A stretch of 20,000 bases of DNA, from contig NKIB01012947.1 in the NCBI GenBank assembly GCA_002256025.1, positions 47,551-67,550 on the forward strand, read 5' to 3'. Made by a program: the position numbers and the translations under genes. Below the pieces are notes generated by a model. The model searched no databases and was not told where the DNA came from. It worked only from the letters and a program-made list of their open reading frames with translations. This document shows positions 7,944 through 19,032 of the stretch, in pieces (the stretch's first letter is position 1; every line of letters starts with the position of its first letter). The DNA comes from Asterionella formosa. Its lineage: Eukaryota.

Positions 7944-10340
7944 TCAAACGCCTTTGTCCCAATAGCCCTCCCAATCCCCTCCCAACCTTTCGTAAAGTCT
8001 CTTGTTGTAGGGTTCAAAAAACTTCCGAAGCATTTCACGAGTCTCGTTCTTCATTGCATGCTGATATTCGCTAACTACCTTTTCAGTTTCATCATTGAGT
8101 GGTGCAACCGGCAAGCCCAGAAAGTCTAAGACCTTTCTGTACACTCCAGCCTTGCTATCATGCATATCTTCAGATCTCACAATATGAATCTGAGTTGTAG
8201 GATCTCTCCCGGACTCTTCAAAAGCCTTTCTCCAGTGCCGTATTTGGACGTCATAGATACTTCGACCAATGGGTCCTTCACTTGCTAGTTTTAGGTACCG
8301 AGGCCAAGCTGTGTCCTCTTCCTCTTCGTTTTTGGCATCCAGGAAACCCGATTGATTAAGAGCTTCAAGATCGTTTTGAATCCAATTCTCAAAGTCCATT
8401 TTCATCCCAGTAATTTTTTGAACGTATGCATGATTTGAATATGCTCTATCAATAGGATTCCGAAGTATCAATACCAACTTGATCCAAGGACACACGCACA
8501 ATATCCTATGCGGTAGCATAGATGAAAAAAACAAATAGCCAGGTGTAGCATCAAAAGATATCTTTGACCTGTTTGATATTAAAATCTGAGAATGATATTC
8601 CATTTTGTACATCGTCTCTCGTGCCTTCTTGACCAGTGTTTTGCGATTCTCATCAACATATTCCATTCGGAAATTCTTGTTCATGAAAAACTGAAGTTCC
8701 TTAGTCCTTGCCCCCTCCACAAGTGGATGCTGCGAAATATAGGAGGCCAAAGATGTTGTCCCACTCTTTTTAGCGCCAGGAAGCATGAAATAGGGCGCTC
8801 GAAATTTCCATTGGTCTTGATCAGCAGTTGGATACCATTCCTCGCCTGTCAAGTCGCACCATTTTTCTGTAAATTTTTGGCCCTCTTTCTTGTTGTAGAC
8901 AGGATGTTCATATGTTGGAGCGAAGTTAACCGTACCTTCCTTGCTTAATGTTTCGTTTGGAACGGCTTTGTTGTTTCCCTGAATCCCCTTCAGCATCTCC
9001 TCTTCTGTGGTGGCTTCGTCATCATCTACTACTTCGTTGTAAAGTTGATGCTCTGGGACTTTTTGAACCATACCATCGTCCCACTCATCTGTCCAATCTT
9101 CGCCAAGCAACTTATACAGCCGCTTATTATATGGCTTGAAAAATTCTTTCAGCATTGCCTTCGTTTCATTCTTCATTTTTGCCAGCGTATAGGTGGTAGT
9201 AAGGACCTCGCTGTATGTACTCGAATGATTGGGTGGCATTTCCAGCCACCAGAATATTGTGTTACAAAGTTCATCTGGCTTTTGGTGCATTTCCTCGTTT
9301 CTCACCACCATGAATTCCGTTTCAGGGTCGCGCCCAATGTCAACTAGGGCTTTATACCACGCTTCTATTTGAATTACATACAAGGACCGTCCGATAGCTG
9401 CGGGTTCATCCCCAACCAGCATGCCTAAGTACTTGTCCCAAGCGCGCTTCTCTCTGTCAGATCCATAAAATTCCTCGTTGGGTATTTCATTTTGAATGAC
9501 ACCTGCCAGTCGTAATTGGATAAAGTCATGCTCGATCCAATCTTCAAAAGGCATTGTAGTGAATCGACCCTTATTCGGGTCCATTTGAAAGTTATAATGC
9601 GAAAGGACTCGGGCTGCGGGTTCACGGAGGGTTACCAATAGCTTCACCCAGGGGCATGTACATAAAATCGCAGAAATGGATGTGCTGGTTTTGAACAAAT
9701 ATCCTGGAGTCGCGTCAAAAGAGACCCAAGTGTCACTAGAACTTAGTTGAAGGGCATTGTAATCACCACTTTCAACATTGTACATTTCTGCGCGTGCCTC
9801 TCGAACTAATACTTTTCCGTCTTTTGAACGGTGCTTAAAATGGGTTGGGAGGAAATACAACAGTTCCTTCGTCCGAGCAATACTTGTCCATGGGTGGTTT
9901 CTCAACCACGACGACAGTGCGGACGTGCCCGCCTTTTTGGCTCCAATCAGTAAGAAGTAAGGCCCTCGTTGTTGCCATGCGAACTGGCCAGTTGGGAACC
10001 ACTCCACGCCGGTCAAGTCACAATTTTCATGGACGAAGGCGTTGACTACTTCCACAGCTTGTTCTGGATTCGACATGTGTTCGTCGATGTTGGCATTCGC
10101 TGCCTTCTGTTTGTTTAAATAAAAGTCGTCGTCCACGGAGACAACGTCCTGGTAATTGTTGCTTTTCGTGTACTGTGTCAATTCCGGTTTCGTGGTCCCG
10201 TTGTGCGAGCTGTAGGATATGCCCATCACCATAATGGCAATAGCAGCGACGAATGCATAGCGCATAGACTTGGAAATGTCGATTTCGCCTTCATATCTGG
10301 AAGTTCCTCGGCGTCGATTCAAGGAGGGTGGATGCGTCAT
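7944..10340 (-). CDS. Type II membrane sulfotransferase with two tandem heparan-sulfate 3-O-/N-sulfotransferase-like domains (798 aa)
   Basis: N-terminal TM segment YAFVAAIAIMVMGISY. Two 5'-PAPS loops (IGAKKAGTSAL, PGAKKSGTTSL), two KEL.(Y/F)F motifs, two SFDATPGY motifs and two 3'-PB motifs (LREPAARVLSHY, LRNPIDRAYSNH). Each domain ends FF.PYNKRLY..LG.DW...WD. Confidence 0.92.
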   Translation of the reverse strand: MTHPPSLNRRRGTSRYEGEIDISKSMRYAFVAAIAIMVMGISYSSHNGTTKPELTQYTKSNNYQDVVSVDDDFYLNKQKAANANIDEHMSNPEQAVEVVNAFVHENCDLTGVEWFPTGQFAWQQRGPYFLLIGAKKAGTSALSSWLRNHPWTSIARTKELLYFLPTHFKHRSKDGKVLVREARAEMYNVESGDYNALQLSSSDTWVSFDATPGYLFKTSTSISAILCTCPWVKLLVTLREPAARVLSHYNFQMDPNKGRFTTMPFEDWIEHDFIQLRLAGVIQNEIPNEEFYGSDREKRAWDKYLGMLVGDEPAAIGRSLYVIQIEAWYKALVDIGRDPETEFMVVRNEEMHQKPDELCNTIFWWLEMPPNHSSTYSEVLTTTYTLAKMKNETKAMLKEFFKPYNKRLYKLLGEDWTDEWDDGMVQKVPEHQLYNEVVDDDEATTEEEMLKGIQGNNKAVPNETLSKEGTVNFAPTYEHPVYNKKEGQKFTEKWCDLTGEEWYPTADQDQWKFRAPYFMLPGAKKSGTTSLASYISQHPLVEGARTKELQFFMNKNFRMEYVDENRKTLVKKARETMYKMEYHSQILISNRSKISFDATPGYLFFSSMLPHRILCVCPWIKLVLILRNPIDRAYSNHAYVQKITGMKMDFENWIQNDLEALNQSGFLDAKNEEEEDTAWPRYLKLASEGPIGRSIYDVQIRHWRKAFEESGRDPTTQIHIVRSEDMHDSKAGVYRKVLDFLGLPVAPLNDETEKVVSEYQHAMKNETREMLRKFFEPYNKRLYERLGGDWEGYWDKGV

Positions 10341-10567
10341 GTGGATGAATGTATTCAGTAATAGTATATAGCGATCACTGTGCCAATGAAGGAAAATGAA
10401 GGACTAACTTTTGAGAGTCCAGCATGCACGAAATCCTTTTACCTGACAGCTTTAAGTATGTAGCTACATACCTGTAGTGTCCCGTGTATTGATTATTAAC
10501 GGTTCTATCGCTCACGAATTGAGTGCACCATGGCTGATGTATGACACAGTCCTTGTATTAAAAAAAT

Positions 10568-10627
10568 TAGTGACAAGCATGAATCAATTTTTCAGTCTAG
10601 TGACAAACATGAGTCAATCTTTTTTCA
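10568..10627. repeat. Tandem repeat, 2 x 30 bp
   Basis: TAGTGACAA(G/A)CATGA(A/G)TCAAT... starting at 10568 and 10598. Confidence 0.75.
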
Positions 10628-11843
10628 TACAGTAGTTGTTGGGTTTTGTTAAAGTTTATGATTCATATCTACCTACCAGCATCAGTCACTTATATTCACT
10701 GTGATCCTACCATCCACTGCCTAGCATCTTAGCTAATAAGTATGTATGTCAATGATACACTATTTTGCAGATGTCAAAGGTTGATCTACAACTTCTCAAT
10801 CAAGTTTACTGATATTATTGCTCACAGTACACAAGGGTCCAACATGAACCCTTTGGGAATACTTGCAGGAGTGTCATTGTCATCCTTGTCATCCCATAAG
10901 GTCCCAAATTCTGTCTGGCCATGCGGTTTTCCGTCATTCTATGGGCTAGTTTCATCTTGATCATGTAAATATAGGGTATCTGGTAGTGTACGTTTAGTGG
11001 GAGGAGGGATATATTCCCACAAGATTGCCTCAGCTCGTCTTAACAGTAGTAAATTCCTGATGGACTTCCCAAAGTAGTATTCAAATGACGACTTGCTAGT
11101 GTATTAGGGTTAAGAAGGCCGCATGGTACCAGTACTTTCTCTCCGTATTAATTTCGAGTAGACAACACAGATCCATTTCGTCCAAATTCCGTGTCCATTT
11201 GCCAAAAAGGTGCTTGTACCAATTGCTTTTGGTCATTGGTAAATTTAGACAGGAATAAATCTACCTTCACCCAATATAAAAGATGTTGATGCATACCAGC
11301 ATATCTTCAGCGTCAAGAATGCATGCAAATAGACAAGCGTTTGTGTATTGGAAGATAAATGAATATAACAAGGAGTGGAAATTAAACGAACATTTTAAAA
11401 GCAAAAAACCTATGTCACAGTACTGTATACGTATAGACAAATGTATTGCCGATTCTGTAGAATCGATCCCTTTGCCTTCTCACTTTATATAGACTCGTCA
11501 AGATTCAAATATTGCAGTGTTCATGGTGCCTGGTACAGCGTTTGAAATTTTCATTACATCACAAAGTCGCACTTGCAAATCTGGTTTCTTTCAAATATTC
11601 AGTTTTGCACAATCCTGCACCGATGGTTGATATCATAAAAACGAAGCCAACATGTTTGCAAAGTTTGCATCCTTGCTGAACATTCCCTTTACTTGATTAT
11701 TCGTTCTGTGTTACCAAAGGCTCCCGCAACATTGCAAGTAGTGTGCAGCAGCTAAGCGAAAAATAGTATTCATTGTCACTGAGCTTGATAGTATTCCGTG
11801 GAATATTCTCAGATGAAGCGCATCAGATATGATGCAAATCGAG

Positions 11844-12952
11844 TTAGGCATTCTGAAGCAAGTGTGCGCATTCTGGTACTGGGGTAATAACAGTTCCGTC
11901 TTTGATATGCTTGAGAATGTTCTCCACTGTGAGTGCTCCCATGGATGCTCTCGTTTCGATAGTAGCACTGCCAACATGAGGCAACAGTACAACATTTTCC
12001 ATGGCTCGCAAATCCCTAGAAATAAAGGGCTCATTCTCATATACATCCAACCCGGCCCAGCCGAGTCGACCTTCTTGGAGTGCCTTAATCATAGCCTGTT
12101 CATCAACCACAGAACCTCGAGCTACATTGATGAGAGTTCCATCAGGGCCAAGAGCATTGATTACTTCCTCATCCACAATGTGTTTGGTTTCCGACCCTCC
12201 AGGGACAATACAAATGAGGCAATCAACATCTCTCGCCATGGCGACAAGAGAACCATAGTACTGAAACATAATATCGTTTCTTTTGGATCTGGTATGATAG
12301 ACGACTTCACAATTAAATGACACAAGTTTATTGGCAATTGCTTGACCAATTCTTCCCATACCTAACAGTCCAACTTTTCGATTGTCAGCTGCACGTGTCA
12401 ACTTATGAGGTCCTAACTTTTCCCAAGCTCCAGATCGGGCATGTTGCTCACAAGAACGAAAATTTCGATAGCACGCCAACATGAGCATAATGGCCGTTGT
12501 CGAGGTTTCCGCATCCAAAACGTGTGGTGTATGTGTCACCAGTACGTTCTTTGCCGCAGCTGCCATGGCGTCGATGCTGGAGATGAGTGAGAAGGCAGCA
12601 GTTGACATGAGTTTTGTGTGTGGCGAGGAAAGTGAAACACACTGGTGTCCCTCAAGCACACAGTTCTCACTCACCCATCATATCCTACTCCATTTGAACT
12701 GATTACTTTAAGATTGGGAAGAAATATCATGTACTCACTAGGCATGCCATCGTGTCCATTCGTCATGACATAACTGATTTGATCACCATTGTCCCGCAGC
12801 CAATCCTTGCCCTTTTCGGACAGTTTGTGTACTTGGACTTCGTTCTCCTTGAGTCTGGCCAACATTTCTGTTGTCGCCGATCCGATGAGGAGTACATTCT
12901 TCATTGACGAAACAAGAGAGATTGTCAGTGCTTGAAGGAGGAGCAAGTGCAT
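11844..12952 (-). CDS. D-isomer-specific 2-hydroxyacid dehydrogenase (glyoxylate/hydroxypyruvate reductase-like); two exons 12952-12675 and 12576-11844, 336 aa
   Basis: Splicing joins NGVGYDG to IDAMAAAAKNVLVTHTP. Rossmann motif GLLGMGRIG, INVARGSVVDE (Arg), AGLDVYENEP (Glu) and LLPHVGSAT (His). An alternative start is ATG 12904 (MKNVLLIG). Confidence 0.92.
12577..12674 (-). other. 98-nt spliceosomal intron (phase 2)
   Basis: Donor GG|GTGAGT and acceptor CTCACTCATCTCCAG|C. Removal restores the frame and the conserved GVGYDGID motif. Confidence 0.9.
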
Positions 12953-13340
12953 TATCAAACTTCGCTCGATCTAGAGGTATCAATCGTCTTCATCAATGGC
13001 TCCCTTAATTTTGTAAAACAGTCAAAACAAAACACTCGTTGTACAGATCATGAACATCAAAACTAGCTAACAAAAAAGTGCCGGGCACATGGCATCAATG
13101 CATTGAAGATGGCAATGATGTAATGTATTGTACGTGACCTAACCAGTATCATAGTACGAACTCCGGGGTAGTTTGTGAGTCAGAATCCTTTGAATAAATT
13201 TAGTAATAAGTCAATCTAGTACCGGTACTGGTAAGCCTAAGGGTCGTTCTTATCATTCCGAATTTGCTGTATCATTTCCGGGTTGTGGGCAAAAAATGAC
13301 GGTTGGTATCAAAACACGGTATCAGCAACGGTAACTTGAT

Positions 13341-13377
13341 GGTATCAATTTTGTGTCATTGATACAAAATTGATACC
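13341..13377. repeat. 37-bp near-perfect palindrome within a GGTATC-rich segment
   Basis: GGTATCAATTTTGT-GTCA-T-TGAT-ACAAAATTGATACC: 14-bp perfect outer arms and one inner mismatch. Confidence 0.85.
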
Positions 13378-13886
13378 TTTTTTTGCCCCCTCCAAAAACG
13401 GTATCATATTTCATTGGTTACAATATACAGTTTAGATACCGGTAGACTGTCACGTACACACATAGTTTTGGAGAAATTATTTTAGGAAATGAGAATCCGA
13501 ATCCCGGTATGAATTAAATTACCTACTACATATTGAATCGAATGAATCAAAAAAGAATATGGTACCAGAGAAAACTCAGAATTCGAAAACAATCTACATC
13601 GCCAGTAAAACCCATATTTCTATTAAAACTCTTAGGAACGATTTCAATCGATTTCAGACATATCGTTGGTTATATCTACAGCCTATTTGGTCCCTGACTT
13701 GTCCTTACAGGATACAAGAAAGCAATAGAGGGCTTCGGGACACAGTTTAAACAGTTTTAATAGAATTAGCCGGCCAGGAAGAGCCGTAATATTACAATCA
13801 ACAACAGGCGGACCGTGGAGAGTCCGGAGACAAGATTTGAGGGTACCAGACTATCCAGAGTCTGAAGAAGACGCTCAAGGCATATA

Positions 13887-16800
13887 ATGAGTGGCAAAGG
13901 AAGGTTTTCCAAGAAGGGCAGCTCAGGCCAAGGGCAAGTTTCAAGCCAAGGGAGGGAGCAATAATGCTTCTCATACCATCAAGAAGTCAGTAAATGACTT
14001 TAACTACTACCTTGGATCAGCAAAGCAGGCATCTGATTATGAGACTACTACTGATTACCTCATCAACTACATCAATAAAGTGTTCGACTATGGCAATGAC
14101 ATAGGAACCGCACTTGAGTTATTAGAAAGCACATTGGCATGTAAGTCAAGAATGCAGCTTAGCTCTGCAACAACAGGAGGAGATTGCACTGCAGAGAATC
14201 GGCAATTTGAGATTGAATTTAATGCCAATTACGATGCGTATAGCAAGATGATACAGACATATGAAAATAATAACACTGAGGCATATGCGTTGCTCTGCTG
14301 GGAAAGATGCCACAAGGCCATGAAGAACAAGATCGAAGTGAGATCTGATTACAATAGGATCAAATATAACCCAATAACATTGCTTATGGCAATTAAAGAA
14401 CATGCTTAAATTTTCATGAGAATCGATATTCAATGGCGATCATTTTAGATGTGATGAGAAGGCTTTTAAAAACAAAGCAAAAAGAAGGAGAAAGTCTACA
14501 AGACTACACCAAGAGATTTCGGGTGGCACGAGATGTGCTCAAGTCACACATTGGAGGACCCATTATCCTCACCAAGTTCGTTGAAGCCATGGATGGTTAC
14601 AACAAGACCAACATCAAGCTACAAGATAAATTTCGCAAACAAGCTTTCAGTCAATTTCTGGCCTATTTGTACCTTGATAATGCAGATAAGGCCAAATATG
14701 GATCAATTATGACCAGAATGAAAACTCAACAGTCACTCGGCAATGATCAATACCCAAAGAGTATACCAAATCAAATAATGTTCTCAGGAACCATAGGTTC
14801 GACGTAACAAATAAATCCAACACTCACAAAAACCAGGAGATCATAATAAAGACAGGGAACAAAAGGATGCAAGGAAGGAAGATGAACATGTGAACTTATC
14901 GTTTGCACAGTTAGAAAGAAAATGTTACTGCTGTGGAAGAGCTGGACATAAATCACCATCATGTCGCAAGAAGAATAAACCCAAAGAGGAATGGGCAATC
15001 AACAAGGCCCAACAAAGCCATGCACAGGCTACTACATCAGACATGAATATGGCTACCTCTGTTAATTCCAACAAACCACTGTCATCACAAGCTTCACAAC
15101 AAGCAAATATCAATCAAGTTGGATGGGTGGTACTAGCTCATATCAAACTACAATTTTACCAAGCATCTAAGATGCATGACTGGATACTATTGGATAATCA
15201 ATCAAGTGTCACAGTCTTTTGCAATCCAAAAATGGTTGAAAACATTCGAATGTCGACCAATGGAAGCATACACCTGGCCACAAATGGTTGATCCATGATC
15301 AATAATATGAAGGCTGATCTTCCACAATGGGGAGAAGTATGGTTCAATGACAAGGCAATCACCAACATCTTCAGTTATGCCGAAATGGCAGATAGGTACA
15401 GGATTACCTACCACTCTGAGAAAGAAGATGCATTTATTGTTCATTTGCCAGACAAATCAGTTTGATTCAAAACAATTGGGATGAATTTATATGTTTTCAA
15501 GCCTCCTACAACTATTACAGTTGAAGAGAACAAAACAGACTACACTGAACGTCAATTTGAGAGGTCAGGCAAGTTCGTGATCTATTTCATGCCTTGGGCA
15601 CACCATCGATTAACGATTTCAAGGCAATAATTTGTATGAATACGATCTAAAACAATCCAATGACTACCGATGATATCAAAACTGCAGAGAAAATTTTCGG
15701 ACCTGACATCGGACCACTAAAAGGCAAGACAACTTGTTGCAAGCCGCTGCCAGTCATGAACGACTACATTGAGATTCCTAAGGAGCTTATTCAAGCTCAA
15801 CGCAAAGTGACTCTTTGCTTGGATGGAATGAAAGTGAATGGACAATCATTTCTCACAACAATTTTTCAAAACATTATGTATAGGACAGCGCAATGGGTCA
15901 AGAGTCAGGCAGCTGATGTCTATCAAGATGCTTTGACTCAGGTATTCCGTGTTTACAATACCGGAGGATTTAAAATTACAAAAATCCACTGTGACAACGA
16001 GTTTCGGCCTTTGATGGAACAACTTTCCAATGAATTTCAAGTCACTATGATGATCTACGCGAACCCAGAAGAACATGTTCCTGAAGCGGAACGAAACAAT
16101 CGAGTGATTAAAGAATGCGTACGCGCAGCTTATCATCGATTACCTTTCAAACATTTGTCACGACTGATGATTAAGATTCTAGTCACAGAATCTGCAAAGA
16201 AACTGAATTTCTTTCCGGCAAAGAACGGTATATCCCCATATTACAGTCCTCATATGATTTTACATCAACGAAACCTGGACTATGCTTGACATGACTGCCA
16301 GTATACATTTGGCACTTGTGTCCAAGCACATGAAGAACCGGCGTTTTCAAACACTGGTAATGCACCACGCAGCCTAGATTGCATTTATCTACGCTACAAT
16401 GACAATGTGCAAGGAGGTCATGAATTATTACAACTACCAAAAAATTCATTCATCACTAGACGAACAGTTACTCCACTACCACTTCCCCCAGCAATCATAA
16501 ATCAAGTACATGCCCTTGCTGTGCAGGAAAATATGCCAGACGGTCTCAAGATATCTAATCGAACCGGACAGCTATTTTACGATAGTGCTTGGATTGCAGG
16601 AGTGGATTATGACAATGAAGCATTTGATGATGCACAAGATGAAGACTATGAAGATCAACAAGCTAGTGATGATGAAAGTAATGATGAAATTCTCCGAGAA
16701 AAGACTATGATGAAATGGCTCCGGATGAACTATATATGAAGCAGAACAGTTTGAATTAAACAATATCCAAGAGGATGACCCTGAACCTGAGGGCAACAAT

Positions 16801-18774
16801 GAAAATAATATTAAATTGAATGCAGATGAAATCCAAGATGAGGATGAAGAACCAGTAAATGAAACTTAGAATGAAGAGGCAATGTTAGAAGAAGAAGTCA
16901 ATCCAAGCACTCAGGATGACACAGACCCAAATGTTAGAACTACAAGGTCTGGAAGAGTCTCAAGACCACCATCAAAACTAACTAGTATGGTCCAACATCA
17001 TTTGCATATTCAAGCACACTGTCAAGAAGAATACACAACTGATAATGCGAAAGTGATCGCAATGACAATGTGTTATCTGAATGAGAGGTCTATTGAAAAA
17101 GAAGCATTTCACTTTGTTCAGTCATACAGCTTAAGAAAAGGCCTCAAGAAATTTGGCCAGAAAGGAAGAGATGCTGCGTATAAAAAATTGAAACAACTAC
17201 ATGATAGAGTTGTATTTGAAACGATTAGGATTGAAGATCTAACAGAGATCGAAAAGCGACGCGCAATGGAAAGTCTAATTTTTTTGGTTGAAAAGAGAGA
17301 CAAGAGTGTTAAAGGCAGAGCTTGTGCCAATGGCAGTTCGCAACGTGATTACATGGAAGGAGATGAAGTAGCTAGTCCAACTACCATGACTGAATCTGTA
17401 ATGATAACAGCAAAAATTGATGCAAAGCAAAATCATGATGTTATGAAGGCAGATATACCCAATGCATTTGTGCAAGTGGATATCGATGAGAAAGAAAAAG
17501 GTGAGCAAATCATTATGAAGATTAGAAGTTTACTTGTCAATATGTTGACAGAACTCAGCCCTGAGAATAATGAAAAATATGTTGATTATGAAGGAAACAA
17601 CAAGGTCCTATATGTTAGGATGATCAAGGCATTATATGGCATGTTACAGTCATCATTATTATATTACAAGAAATTTCAGAAGGATATCGAGTCAATTGGA
17701 TTCAAGGTCAATCCATATGATCCATGCTTTGCAAATCGCATTGTTAATGGCAAACAGCACACAGTTACTTGGCACGTAGACGATTTGAAGTCTAGTCACA
17801 TGGATAGCAAAGTGAATGATCAATTTTTGGAATGGCTCAAAAAGAAATACGCTTCTGACGAAATTGGTGAAGTCAAGGTCATGCGTGGAAAGAAGCATGA
17901 TTATTTGGCGATGACACTAGATTACTCTCTTTAAGGAGTGTTGAGGGTGGTTATGACCAAATATGTGAAAGCAATGATTGATGATTTTCCAGATAAACTT
18001 GAAGGTGCCGGAAAATTTCCGTGGACAGATAAATTGTTCACTGTTGATATGAAATCAAAGAAGCTTGAATATGAAAAAGAAAAAAATATTTCATACTTTT
18101 GTTAGGAAGGGAATGTTCCTTTGTAAGCGAGGAAGACAGGACAACATTCAACCAGGAATTGCATTTCTGGCAACCCAAACTACCGAACCGAATGAAGGCG
18201 ATTGGGAAAATTAGTCAAGATCATGAATTTCTTGAAAGCAACTCAGAATGAGGTTGCATCTATGAGTGCTGATGACACTCAGAGTATTAAATGGTACGTT
18301 GATGCGGCGTTTGCAGTACAAAAAAAATTTCAAAAGTCACACAGGAGCTACATTGTCACTTGGAAATGGAATTATTTGTTCTATGTCTACGAAACAGAAA
18401 GTGAACACTAGACACTAGGTGTTCGACTGAAGCAGAATTGGTTGGTGTCCACGACATTATATCAAAGGTGTTGTGGACGAAATTATTTATTGAAGCACAA
18501 GCAAGGACACAAGGTGACTATGAATGTCATTTACCGTGACAACACTAGCGCAATGAAGCTAGAAGAAAATGGAAAAGCAAGTTCAGGAAAATGCACCCAA
18601 CATTTCAACATCAAGTATTTTTACATTACTGATCTTATTGAAAGAAAGAAAGAAAGAAAGAAAGTACAGATAAAGTACTGTCCAGTGGATGCAGTGATTG
18701 CAGACTACATGACAAAACCATTGGTTGGAACAAAATTTATTCATTTTCATGAGCAAATTATGACTTCAAAGTGA
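13887..18774 (+). pseudogene. Disrupted gag-pol polyprotein of the copia element
   Basis: Fragments 13891-14409, 14433-14807, 14890-15291, 15660-16289, 16407-16739, 16882-17934, 18202-18411 and 18442-18774 are separated by stops and frameshifts. Probable original ATG at 13887 (MSGKGRF). Confidence 0.9.
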
Positions 18775-18796
18775 GCATCCGTGTCCAGCAGGAGTG

Positions 18797-18838
18797 TGTT
18801 GGAGAAATTATTTTAGGAAAGAAAAATCCTGGTATGAA
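18797..18838 (+). repeat. Remnant of the copia 3' LTR
   Basis: Matches 13466-13513 and similarity ends after GGTATGAA. Confidence 0.75.
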
Positions 18839-19032
18839 GATGCAGTATTCACTCTGGCCAGCCATGTCAATAAGACAAAGCCTATTGTTGCTACCAGAAC
18901 AGTTGGGAACCACCTTGTAGTACGAAGGTTTATTCTCCTAATTGTGCAGACTCTTTCGAGCAAATACCGGTAACTGATTAAAGCGTACTCCGTATAGCAA
19001 TTGCGGAATATTTTATCTCTACCGGTAGTTCT

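Larger units (their letters stand above)
13466..18838 (+). mobile_element. Degenerate Ty1/copia LTR retrotransposon (diatom CoDi-like) with truncated 3' LTR
   Basis: Domain order is Gag, CCHC knuckle (CYCCGRAGHKSPSC), protease (WILLDNQSS), integrase (LCLD...HCDNEF...PEAERNNRVIKE), RT (KGRACANG, DIPNAFVQ, KALYGMLQS, WHVDDLK), RNase H (WYVDAAFA, DNTSAMKLE, ADYMTKPL). The LTR start T(G/T)TTGGAGAAATTATTTTAGGAAA is shared at 13466 and 18797, the latter preceded by purine-rich AGCAGGAGTG. Confidence 0.95.

Noticed and set aside
6328..12952. HGD, sulfotransferase and dehydrogenase as an aromatic-catabolism gene cluster
   Set aside because: Mixed orientation and different predicted compartments. The sulfotransferase is of the glycan type, so there is no evidence beyond adjacency.
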